A DNA stretch of 27,053 bases from an archaeon. GTDB taxonomy: Archaea > B1Sed10-29 > JAJSAI01. The DNA is taken from positions 1 through 27,053 of the forward strand of contig JAJSAI010000004.1 in NCBI GenBank assembly GCA_024274695.1, written 5' to 3'. The notes under the pieces were generated by a model that saw nothing but the letters and a program-made list of their open reading frames with translations, was not told where the DNA came from and searched no databases. Shown one piece after another: positions 15,394-23,361 of the stretch; within the stretch, counting starts at the first letter, position 1; each line of letters begins with the position of its first letter. The translations under genes were made by a program, and so were the position numbers.

Positions 15394-15698
15394 CAGCGTC
15401 AAGAGGAAAAGCGGTCGGGCGCGCGTGCCTTGACCTCAAGGACTTCAGGGACGGTGACATAATAATCGCCGAGACGACTTACGCGCCACTGGTGCCCCTC
15501 ATGAAAAGAGCGGCCGCGATCGTCACCAGCACAGGAGGAGTGCTCTCGCACGCGGCAGTAGTATCAAGAGAACTGGGGATACCGTGCGTGGTCAGGGCAG
15601 CAGGAGTCCTGAGCGTGCCTCACGGCGCGCTCGTGGAAGTGGACGCCACCGCCCCGAAGGGCAGGGTAAGGGTCGTCGGAAAAAATGATGTTTCCTGA
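15369..15698 (+). CDS. Stand-alone PEP-utilising enzyme mobile (phosphohistidine swivel) domain 2
   Basis: MEEEFEGVTASRGKAVGRA...GDIIIAETT...AAAIVTSTGGVLSHAAVVSRELGIPCVV...GALVEVDA. RBS GGGGTG at 15355-15360. Confidence 0.9.
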   Translation: MEEEFEGVTASRGKAVGRACLDLKDFRDGDIIIAETTYAPLVPLMKRAAAIVTSTGGVLSHAAVVSRELGIPCVVRAAGVLSVPHGALVEVDATAPKGRVRVVGKNDVS

Positions 15699-15862
15699 CA
15701 GTCCGGAACACTAGCGCCCCGAACTCAGGATGAACCGCGGACAATCTGACGAGGGCGAGGCACGCGGAACTCCTGAACTCCCGGATAACAGAACAAGATA
15801 AGAAAAAACTGTACAACCTGCCCAAGGTCCGGGGATAGAAGCGCTTGGGGAAAACCAGGAGA

Positions 15863-16222
15863 TCATGCCTTCAGTTCTCTTATTCTTCTCCGGGTGTTCT
15901 CCACTTCTACTTCTATTAGTCCCCTGTTCGCCAGGCTGTTTATCACGGTCACCAGGGCAGTTCCCCTGTCAACCGAGTACAACAGAATGCTCACCCTCCC
16001 CAGGTCTACCGTGATGTTGTCCATCCCGTAGTCATGGAATTTTGACATTATGTTCAGGAACGTGTCCATGGTGCCCTTTATCAGCGTCAGCAGGCCCACG
16101 TTCTTTATCTTGGGAGGCAGCCGGCTCTGGTATATCCTGCCAGGACTCTTGACCAGCATTACCGCCAAGACGTCGTCAAGCCTCTGCAGATCGTCCAGAG
16201 CATCGTAAAAACTTTCCGCCAT
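15863..16222 (-). CDS. Roadblock/LC7 (LAMTOR2-like) domain protein
   Basis: 119 aa with roadblock pattern LDDLQRLDDVLAVMLVKSPG...GMDNITVDLGRVSILLYSVDRGTALVTVI...NRGLIEVEVENTRRRI. TATA ~25 nt upstream. Confidence 0.7.
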   Translation of the reverse strand: MAESFYDALDDLQRLDDVLAVMLVKSPGRIYQSRLPPKIKNVGLLTLIKGTMDTFLNIMSKFHDYGMDNITVDLGRVSILLYSVDRGTALVTVINSLANRGLIEVEVENTRRRIRELKA

Positions 16223-16282
16223 CAGTAAAGAAAAGCGCGGCGGAGGGATAAAAAGGTTCTGGTCACAGGAAAAACACAAGGA

Positions 16283-17065
16283 TCAGAACAGTTTTGACTG
16301 GGTAAGATTTTCTTCCGGCTTGCTTACCACGATCCCCCTGCTCGTTATGTCCATGCTCACGAAGTCGTCGTAGTGCTTGGTGTTCCTCATCTTCTCTATC
16401 CTTAGCGTTCTCTTGCTCCCCGCCATGCCGAGGTAGTGGAGTGTTATCACCGCGTCGGACAAGAATTCTGAGACCCCGTCGCTGGAGAACATGGGAGAGT
16501 CTCTGGGGGTCTGGGAGGTGACTATGGATGTCATGTTGAACTCTTTCAGCATGAGGATGAGCTTGTGCACCTGCATCCTGATCATTATGTTCTCTGACAA
16601 GGGGCCTCCCATGACCTTGTCAAGCTCGTCCAGGAGCCCGTACTCTGCCAGCTCGTTCACTGATATTGGAAAGTCTGCTAGGGGAGAAAGAGAGTCTAGC
16701 ACGAACCTTTCCGGCTTGAAGGACTCTATCTCCTTTCTTATCATGGAATGGTACGTTTCTCCTTTCGGGAGCCTCCTCTGGGTTATGTCAAAGAATATGA
16801 ACCTCGCGAGCCCGTTCTTTTCCAGGGACTCGAAGTCCATTCCCATCAGGCTCGCCTGCTCGTACAGGTCTCTCACGGGCTGCTCGAAGCTTATGTACAT
16901 TACCCTCTGCCCGTACTCTTTGGCCCCGTGGTACAAGAACTGCAGGCAAAAGATTGACTTTCCTGTTCCAGGGGATCCTGAGACAAGGCAGGTGCTGCCC
17001 TTGGGAAGCCCGCCTTGTATTAGCTCGTCAAGCCCAGGAACCCCTACAGGCTCTCTCTCAATCAT
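16283..17065 (-). CDS. KaiC/RAD55-like single-domain ATPase A
   Basis: GVPGLDELIQGGLP, Walker A GSPGTGKS, YISFEQ, Walker B FVLDSL and SEFLSDAVITL...RTLRIEKMRNTKH. Confidence 0.9.
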   Translation of the reverse strand: MIEREPVGVPGLDELIQGGLPKGSTCLVSGSPGTGKSIFCLQFLYHGAKEYGQRVMYISFEQPVRDLYEQASLMGMDFESLEKNGLARFIFFDITQRRLPKGETYHSMIRKEIESFKPERFVLDSLSPLADFPISVNELAEYGLLDELDKVMGGPLSENIMIRMQVHKLILMLKEFNMTSIVTSQTPRDSPMFSSDGVSEFLSDAVITLHYLGMAGSKRTLRIEKMRNTKHYDDFVSMDITSRGIVVSKPEENLTQSKLF

Positions 17066-17124
17066 ACTGGGTAAGAAAAAGTATTCTTTGGTATAAAAAG
17101 TTTTGGACTCCCCCGGGGCCCTGT

Positions 17125-17349
17125 TCACTCTACCGCGAGATGGAACTCTTCTCCCACTTCCCTGGGCGTTTTCTTCGAGTCCGCGGCCACCCTCTTCAGC
17201 CCTGTTATGAGCTCGTCCCTGGTTATCCACTTGCTCCCGCACTCAGGGCACTCCAGTCCAACGAACTCGTACTTCCTGTCCCCGTACCACACGTCAACGT
17301 ACGCGGGGTTCATGTGAACTGTCTCACAGTAAGGGCAAACGTGCTTCAT
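17125..17349 (-). CDS. Small zinc-finger protein (YgiT/MqsA-type-like)
   Basis: CPYC...GLECPECG. Paralogue of the adjacent gene. Confidence 0.7.
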   Translation of the reverse strand: MKHVCPYCETVHMNPAYVDVWYGDRKYEFVGLECPECGSKWITRDELITGLKRVAADSKKTPREVGEEFHLAVE

Positions 17350-17356
17350 CCCCTGA

Positions 17357-17533
17357 TCACTCCATCCTCTTTATCCTTTTTAGTGCGAGGTTCACCTCGT
17401 GGTCCGTGAAGAACTCTGCCCCGCACTCGGGACACTTGAATCCCGCGAGCTCGTACTCCTTGCCCTTGAAGGGCACTGCAAGGTACACTGGATCCATCCT
17501 GACCTTCTCGCAGTAGGGGCACACTTGCATCAT
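17357..17533 (-). CDS. Small zinc-finger protein (YgiT/MqsA-type-like)
   Basis: MMQVCPYCEKV...GFKCPECGAEFFTDHEV. RBS GGAGGT upstream. Confidence 0.75.
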   Translation of the reverse strand: MMQVCPYCEKVRMDPVYLAVPFKGKEYELAGFKCPECGAEFFTDHEVNLALKRIKRME

Positions 17534-17609
17534 CCTGAATACCTCCTGCAAAGAGTATTCCAGGCGATCTTGTATTAAAACCAGACGGTCCAACCGAGGA
17601 GAGAAGAGA

Positions 17610-18371
17610 CTAGTAAATTCTTTCTCCAGGCTCTTCTGGCTTGCGCACCACAATGCCCTTCTGGGTTATGTGCATCGGGAGAATCTCTTCAGCGTGTCTG
17701 GTGCCCCTCATCTTCCGTATGTACAGGGTCCTCGTGTCAGAAGTTCCGAAGCCAAGGTAGTGGAGCACGATCACCCCGTCCGCCACGTACTCTTCCACAC
17801 CGTACTTTGAGAACTGCATTGGTCCGGCGGTGAAGCCCTGTTCAGGGACTTCTGACGTTATTACCGCGGTCACGTCAGTCCTCATGAGCATGTAGTTAAC
17901 CTTTAGTATTGTCCTCCTTATCTCGTGAATGCTGTCAATGTGGGCTGACAGGCCGGCCACCGAGTCCAGGACAAGCCTTTTCGCGCCTATCTCGTCAACC
18001 ACCTGCATTATCCTGAGCAGGAGCCTGTCAACGTCCAGGCTGGTGTCAGGGATCCTGTACTTCTCCTCTGAAGGAAACCCTGCCCTCGCGCTGCTCGCGT
18101 CCAGTATCGCGATCATGTTCTTTTTCTCAAGCTTCGGAATGTCCCAGTTGAACCGGGTCATGTCCTGTCTTATGAGCTCGGGCCTCTCGTCAAGGGTCAC
18201 GAAAACCCCTGGCTCGCCGTACTCAACAGCCCCCCTGTACAAGTACTGCATGCCGAAAATTGTCTTGCCCGCCCCGGTTCCTCCGGAGACGAGTATCGTC
18301 CTGCCTTTAGGGAAGCCTCCTTCTATCAGTTCGTCAAGCCCGTAAACGCCTGTCTGAACCCTTTCTATCAT
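17610..18371 (-). CDS. KaiC/RAD55-like single-domain ATPase B
   Basis: TGVYGLDELIEGGFP, Walker A GGTGAGKT, PGVFVTLDE, LVLDSV and GVEEYVADGVIVL...RTLYIRKMRGTRH. Confidence 0.92.
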   Translation of the reverse strand: MIERVQTGVYGLDELIEGGFPKGRTILVSGGTGAGKTIFGMQYLYRGAVEYGEPGVFVTLDERPELIRQDMTRFNWDIPKLEKKNMIAILDASSARAGFPSEEKYRIPDTSLDVDRLLLRIMQVVDEIGAKRLVLDSVAGLSAHIDSIHEIRRTILKVNYMLMRTDVTAVITSEVPEQGFTAGPMQFSKYGVEEYVADGVIVLHYLGFGTSDTRTLYIRKMRGTRHAEEILPMHITQKGIVVRKPEEPGERIY

Positions 18372-18461
18372 GCTAGGAACAAAAAAGCAGGCCCTGGTTA
18401 TAAACGTTTCGTCGCAGAAGGGTTTTATACTCCCTATGAGTAAGAGTCTGGTGGTGATGAC

Positions 18462-19406
18462 ATGAAAAAGCTGGTGATACCACTACTGTTCGCGGCCGTC
18501 CTCCTCGCCGGGTGCATCGGGGGAGGCCCATCACAAACCCAAGAACAGCAGGCGGGACCGGCCGAGCAAGCGGCTGCAGCCATGGTGATGAGCCCGTTCG
18601 GCCTAATGCTCTCTGAGGCCGACGCGGCAGGGCAGGACCTGGAGTGCATCGGAAGACCCCCGGGAACAGTCAGAGGATACTACACCAAAACAGAGGACAC
18701 TGGACTGGGAGAAACCAGCGTGACGATCGTGTACTACAAGAAGGGAACGGACGCTGACTCGGTCAAGCAGTTCGTGGAATCAAAAGCCCAGGAGTGCGGC
18801 TGGAAGAAAACCTCTGAATCCTCAGGAAGCGTTTCAACCCCCGGGTTCCAGATAGTCCAAGGCTACTCCCTGGAGTACGAGAAACAGGACACTAGCCTGG
18901 GAGTGGACATAATCGCGGCAAAAACCTCTGGAGGGAACGAAGAGGGCTACACATTCATCGAGTTCACGGTCAACGAGCACTCGGGAGAACAGGGCACAGC
19001 AGCCCAGCAGGAGACCACCACAACAGAAGAGGAGTCTGGGTTCGGCGCGGTCACGGAGCCGAGCGTGACTGACGCTGACGCCCAGAAGTACGACAACCTG
19101 CTAAAGCCAGTGTTCCAGAAGGTTTTCGGGAGCACCAAGCTCTCAGCATACGCTGCCGTGGAAGGAGAGCAGAAGATGATAACCCTTGAGTACGTTCTGG
19201 AGCAGGGAGCGCAGGCAAGCAAGCTGGCTGACCTGAAGAACGAGCTCAGCCAGGCCTTGAACCCAGAGGGCTTTTCCAACATAGTCTCTACAGTGACCAG
19301 CGACAGTTTCATCTACTCCTACAAGGGACTCAGGGACAGCACGATAACAGTGTCAGGAGCCCCGGGAGAAAACAAGGTGAGCGTGACGATCCTGCTCGGC
19401 TCCTGA
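18462..19406 (+). CDS. Lipoprotein of unknown function
   Basis: MKK + hydrophobic stretch + lipobox LAGC. RBS GGTGGTGA. Acidic S/T-rich linker between two domains. Confidence 0.8.
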   Translation: MKKLVIPLLFAAVLLAGCIGGGPSQTQEQQAGPAEQAAAAMVMSPFGLMLSEADAAGQDLECIGRPPGTVRGYYTKTEDTGLGETSVTIVYYKKGTDADSVKQFVESKAQECGWKKTSESSGSVSTPGFQIVQGYSLEYEKQDTSLGVDIIAAKTSGGNEEGYTFIEFTVNEHSGEQGTAAQQETTTTEEESGFGAVTEPSVTDADAQKYDNLLKPVFQKVFGSTKLSAYAAVEGEQKMITLEYVLEQGAQASKLADLKNELSQALNPEGFSNIVSTVTSDSFIYSYKGLRDSTITVSGAPGENKVSVTILLGS

Positions 19407-19465
19407 AAACCCCTCTTCCATTTTCCGGGAAAGGATTTTAAACCATCTTCCTCTTTTTATCCAGC

Positions 19466-20761
19466 ATGACACAACAAGAGCAGTACCCTCTCAGGGGCCT
19501 GAGAATGCACTATAACGCCAGTCCCGCGACGGGGACAAGGCTCCTGCACCCAGAGCACGCTACGCCGAACGGGATCTGCGTTGACTGCGTGCAGTGCGGG
19601 ATCTGCGAGGTCGGGCGCAAGGCGAAGACAGGCCAAGCCCTCTTCCCCCAGCCGTTCGGGAAAACGCAGTTCGGGGCGGAGAAAAGGCTTCCTGGAATAA
19701 AGGACCTTCAGGTGGTCCCAGAGCTCTTCGGCCCGGACATCCTGTTCCACGAAGTGAAAACAGAAACAAGGATAGGAGGATTCAGGTCAAGAGCCCCTGT
19801 CTCCATAGCAGCCATGGGGTCCACCCAGGTCGCTCACTCTAAAGGAAAAGCGCTTTCAGAAGGCGCCGCAAGAGCAGGGATCCCTGTCGTGATAGGAGAG
19901 AACGTGCTCATAACCCACGGGCCAGAAGGGCTTGAGGAGAGGATCAGGGCGTTCAAGGAAAACCAAGATGACGGGTACGGTGCGGTAGTAGTGCAGGCTA
20001 ACGTGCACGACAGGAAGCTCGGGGTGTGGAAGCACGCGGTAGAGTACGGCGCCGACGCGGTGGAGGTCAAGCTAGGCCAGGGAGCCAAACAGGGTCTTGG
20101 AGGAGAGATACGGTTCGAATCAGCAGAAGAGGCGGAAAAGTACAGTAAGGCAGGGTACACTATCATAAAAAACCCTGACGGGTCGTGGCAGAGGCACGCG
20201 CACCCAGGAGAGGTTTCCGAGGAGAGCGTGAGGCAGGCGCTGGCAGAAGCGGCTGACACAGGCCTGCCTGTGTGGGTCAAGACAGGCGCTGGCAAGGGAG
20301 TGGCCCGGCTCGTGGAACTGCTCGAGAGGATCAAGAAAGAAGAAAAAATCAGGCTGGAGTGCCTCACGGTAGACGGGCACGGCGGCGGGACTGGAATGAG
20401 CCCGTGGCTTGTCATGAACGAGGAGAACGTACCGAGCGCTGCCGCGCTCGCCAGGATGCCCAAGACCAGCTTCGACGTGCTCGTAGCAGGAGGGTACTCT
20501 GACGGCATGGACATTGCCAAGGCCATGATGCTGGGAGCCAAGGGAGTCAGCATGGGCAGGCCGTTCCTGATAGCCGCTGGAACAGCAGGGGCAGAGGGGG
20601 TGGAGAACTTCGTCAAAGCAGTCTCAACAGAACTGAAGATGGCCTGCGCCACTCTCAAGGCAGAGGACGTGGCAGGGATAATAGGAAAGAAAGAAAACCT
20701 GGTGGCCCTGAGCAGGCTGGCAGGAGAATGGTTCGGCGTGAAAACAACACCCGTCCTCTGA
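19466..20761 (+). CDS. FMN-binding glutamate synthase family protein
   Basis: N-terminal CVDCVQCGIC cluster, IAAMGS, VVIGEN, EVKLGQGAKQGLGGE, LTVDGHGGGTGMSP, AGG...DIAKAMMLGA and MGRPFL. Confidence 0.88.
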   Translation: MTQQEQYPLRGLRMHYNASPATGTRLLHPEHATPNGICVDCVQCGICEVGRKAKTGQALFPQPFGKTQFGAEKRLPGIKDLQVVPELFGPDILFHEVKTETRIGGFRSRAPVSIAAMGSTQVAHSKGKALSEGAARAGIPVVIGENVLITHGPEGLEERIRAFKENQDDGYGAVVVQANVHDRKLGVWKHAVEYGADAVEVKLGQGAKQGLGGEIRFESAEEAEKYSKAGYTIIKNPDGSWQRHAHPGEVSEESVRQALAEAADTGLPVWVKTGAGKGVARLVELLERIKKEEKIRLECLTVDGHGGGTGMSPWLVMNEENVPSAAALARMPKTSFDVLVAGGYSDGMDIAKAMMLGAKGVSMGRPFLIAAGTAGAEGVENFVKAVSTELKMACATLKAEDVAGIIGKKENLVALSRLAGEWFGVKTTPVL

Positions 20762-20811
20762 GAAGAGGTTCTGGAAAAGCATTTATAACCGAGGGCAGTC
20801 TACTAAAAACT

Positions 20812-21648
20812 ATGAACACGAGAGCAGTCCTCCTGTCAATCATACTACTGGCCGGGACAGGCCTGCTGCAAGCCCAGCAGTACTCTCAGGTGAACGCCAG
20901 CATCACGTTCTCAGGAGACACTGCCAGCGTGAGAGCAGAATCAGAAGCCACAGGGTTCACTTTCCTTCAGTTCCCGGCCAAGGTCAGCGGAAGCTCTTTC
21001 CCTATTGAGTTCGAGTACATGATAAAAAGCGAGAACCCCTCCTTTGACCCGTCAATATTCATCCGAGTGTACCCCAGGGAACAGGAGATAAGCGACGACT
21101 GGATAAAAACGAGGACCAAAGAGGAATGCTACTACTACACGGCCAGCAACGGGGAGATGATATTCGTAGGGAAGACCCCTGTCATAAAGGGCAGGCTGGA
21201 GGCCTACGGCCCCAGCGGGTGCATAGAACAGGACTGCGATTACTACTACGAGAACAACAGCGTCCTCCCGATACCAGACGGAGAATGGGTTCACAGGACG
21301 GTCCCGGTAGAATGTGACAACAGCGGGACAGTGTGGATAGTGGTCGAGATGAACAAGAAAACCCTCGGGAGCATAGAATGGAACCTCAAGAACTTCAGGG
21401 TGAATGGGGAAAAGATCCTGTTCTCTGAAGAGGAGAAGGCCCCTGCACCACAGGAGCAGGAGAACAGGACGGTTGAAAAACAGCCTCCTTCCAAGCAGGC
21501 TGTCCTGGAAGAGGAAAAGAAGGAGACCCTGAGCATGTTCAAGAAAGCCTTAGAGTACTCCGCGGTGCTGTTGCTCGCGGCGGTCGTGATAGCGCTCGCA
21601 ATGTTATTAAAGAAGAAGAGAGCCTATAAGAGGATGGAGGTGGCATGA
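20812..21648 (+). CDS. Secreted, C-terminally membrane-anchored protein
   Basis: Signal peptide MNTRAVLLSIILLAGTGLLQA. C-terminal TM helix followed by KKKR. TATA TTTATAA ~25 nt upstream. Confidence 0.75.
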   Translation: MNTRAVLLSIILLAGTGLLQAQQYSQVNASITFSGDTASVRAESEATGFTFLQFPAKVSGSSFPIEFEYMIKSENPSFDPSIFIRVYPREQEISDDWIKTRTKEECYYYTASNGEMIFVGKTPVIKGRLEAYGPSGCIEQDCDYYYENNSVLPIPDGEWVHRTVPVECDNSGTVWIVVEMNKKTLGSIEWNLKNFRVNGEKILFSEEEKAPAPQEQENRTVEKQPPSKQAVLEEEKKETLSMFKKALEYSAVLLLAAVVIALAMLLKKKRAYKRMEVA

Positions 21649-21651
21649 AGA

Positions 21652-22725
21652 ATGAGAAGAACAGTGTTCGTGCTGCTGTTGCTGCTGGCAGCAGTGGTGG
21701 CACAGAATATCACGCCCGCAGTACAGGGTGACGGAGTGGCAACAGTAAAACCAGTCGTCCCAAGGGCTGTGAGGGCAGTGTACATGGCAGGAAAGGGGCT
21801 TGCAGTGAACCCGAACGACCTGACAGACTTCGCCCTGCTCAAAGGGGCTGTCGGAAAGGTAATGGTCGGGCAGGCTGAAAAGAAGATAGGGATCCTGCAC
21901 GTTGACGACAAGAGGTACGTGCTGAAGAACATTCAAGTGGAGAACGGGTCCTTCTACGCAGAACTGTACGAGAGCCTGCAGGCGGCCGAGCCAGCCGGAA
22001 GAATTTCTCTGGACAGGATAGACAAGCCTACCGGAGAAGTGTGGGCGGGAGTGCTAGCGTTCGAGGACAGGGAGTACTACGCGTACCTGATAGGATTCCG
22101 CGTGCCAATGCCAGTAAAGAAAGTAGGAGAGAGAATAGAAGAGTACTGCAAGGAACACCCTGAAGAGGAAAGGTGCCAGCAGATAAAGCAGGCGGCCCAG
22201 AACAGGATAAGAGAATACTGCGAGGAACACCCTGAGGACGCGAGGTGCAAGGCTGTCGTGGCAGAGTACTGTGCCAGGAACCTTGACGACGCTAGCTGCA
22301 GGGCGAGAATAAGAGAGTACTGCGAGAAGAACCCTGAGGACAGGGTGTGCGAGAGGGCAGGAGAAGTGGTAAGAGCAGCCAAGGCAACAGGGACAGCCCT
22401 GAAAGAGAAGGTCAGGAACTGTTACTCAGAGTGCGTCCGGGACTGCGCTGTTGAGAAAAACGAGTCCACCACGGCAGAGTTCTCATGCGCCCTCAAGTGC
22501 AGGAGAGAATGCGCGTTCCAGCCAGAGGAAATAAGCGCGGTGAAAAAGAGGGTGAAAGAAAGAGTCTCAGAAGAAAAAGAGATGATGCCGGAAATCTCAA
22601 GACGCGTTAAGATCAGGGTCATCCCAACAGCCCAAGAGGAGGAACAGGTGAGGGAAAGGAACAGGTACGAGATGACCGAACAGGGACAGTATAACAAGAC
22701 CATGGAAGAGGAAGTGAGCGCATGA
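21652..22725 (+). CDS. Secreted protein with Cys-rich repeats
   Basis: Signal peptide MRRTVFVLLLLLAAVVA. Four EYCxxxxxxxxC repeats and a further CxxxCxxxC...CxxxCxxxC segment. Confidence 0.75.
   Translation: MRRTVFVLLLLLAAVVAQNITPAVQGDGVATVKPVVPRAVRAVYMAGKGLAVNPNDLTDFALLKGAVGKVMVGQAEKKIGILHVDDKRYVLKNIQVENGSFYAELYESLQAAEPAGRISLDRIDKPTGEVWAGVLAFEDREYYAYLIGFRVPMPVKKVGERIEEYCKEHPEEERCQQIKQAAQNRIREYCEEHPEDARCKAVVAEYCARNLDDASCRARIREYCEKNPEDRVCERAGEVVRAAKATGTALKEKVRNCYSECVRDCAVEKNESTTAEFSCALKCRRECAFQPEEISAVKKRVKERVSEEKEMMPEISRRVKIRVIPTAQEEEQVRERNRYEMTEQGQYNKTMEEEVSA
22141..22350 (+). repeat. Four Cys-pair peptide repeats (EYCKEHPEEERC, EYCEEHPEDARC, EYCARNLDDASC, EYCEKNPEDRVC)
   Basis: Visible in both protein and DNA (gagtactgc/gaatactgc units). 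Confidence 0.8.
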
Positions 22726-22970
22726 GGAAACAAGCCCTGCTCTTGGGAGTAGTACTGGCAGCATCATTCCTGCTGGGCTGCATAGGAGGACAGCAAGAGC
22801 AGCCAGGACAACAGGCGGCCAACATCACTCCCGGTGAGGCGCAGAACGCGGGCCAGCAGGCAGAGCCTGAGAGTTACGCGAGCGAGCAGGAGGCAGTACA
22901 GGGCCTGGAGCAGATGCTAGACCAGATGGAGGAGCAAGCGCTCGCGAACACCACAGGAGAACTGGCCTGA
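22722..22970 (+). CDS. Small lipoprotein
   Basis: Lipobox LLGC then IGGQQEQ. ATGA overlap with the upstream gene. Confidence 0.75.
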   Translation: MRKQALLLGVVLAASFLLGCIGGQQEQPGQQAANITPGEAQNAGQQAEPESYASEQEAVQGLEQMLDQMEEQALANTTGELA

Positions 22971-22996
22971 ACCCTTTTTCCCTTTCAATTTTTTAT
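22971..22996 (+). terminator. Pyrimidine/T-rich archaeal-type terminator
   Basis: accctttttccctttcaattttttat-like tract immediately after the stop codon. Confidence 0.5.
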
Positions 22997-23104
22997 CCTC
23001 AAAAAAATTAGTGTGCTGGGGACAGGACCCCCTGGTTCTTAGCGATCGCTGCTGTTACCCTAAATGTTTCCAGGCAAGGGAGTATGTGCTTGGCCACTCA
23101 AAGT

Positions 23105-23290
23105 TTACTCAAGAGTTATCGCGCCCACTGGGCACGTGTCCCTTGCCTGCTCGCAGTTGCAGGAATCACACCCGTCAGGATTCTTGACGTGGCTCTTCCC
23201 GTCAGGTCCTATCTCGAACACGTCAGGACACAGGGCAGCGCAAGCGCCGCACCCAATGCAAAGGGACTGGTCAACAACAGGCTTTACCAT
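23105..23290 (-). CDS. Single-cluster 4Fe-4S ferredoxin
   Basis: CIGCGACAALCPDVF...CPVGAI. RBS GGGAGG before MVKPVVD. Confidence 0.92.
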   Translation of the reverse strand: MVKPVVDQSLCIGCGACAALCPDVFEIGPDGKSHVKNPDGCDSCNCEQARDTCPVGAITLE

Positions 23291-23361
23291 GCTTAACACG
23301 CCTCCCCTCATTTTTTTCTTGGGGTTAGATTATCCCGTGCAGTATAAAAAGGGTTTTGGTC

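Noticed and set aside
1-15698. Prophage, transposon, CRISPR array or diversity-generating retroelement
   Set aside because: No integrase, transposase, reverse transcriptase, structural genes, template/variable repeat pair or regularly spaced repeats were seen.
15684-15862. Possible C/D-box sRNA or gene remnant (ATGATG, AGGATGA...CTGA)
   Set aside because: Box spacing does not give a complete C-D'-C'-D set and there is no convincing ORF. Too weak to call.
17125-17533. MqsRA-type toxin-antitoxin module
   Set aside because: The Zn-finger proteins lack an HTH, and no adjacent toxin gene is present.
16283-18371. Circadian clock (kaiC) assignment
   Set aside because: Both proteins are single-domain and there is no KaiA/KaiB. 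They are generic archaeal KaiC/RAD55-like ATPases.
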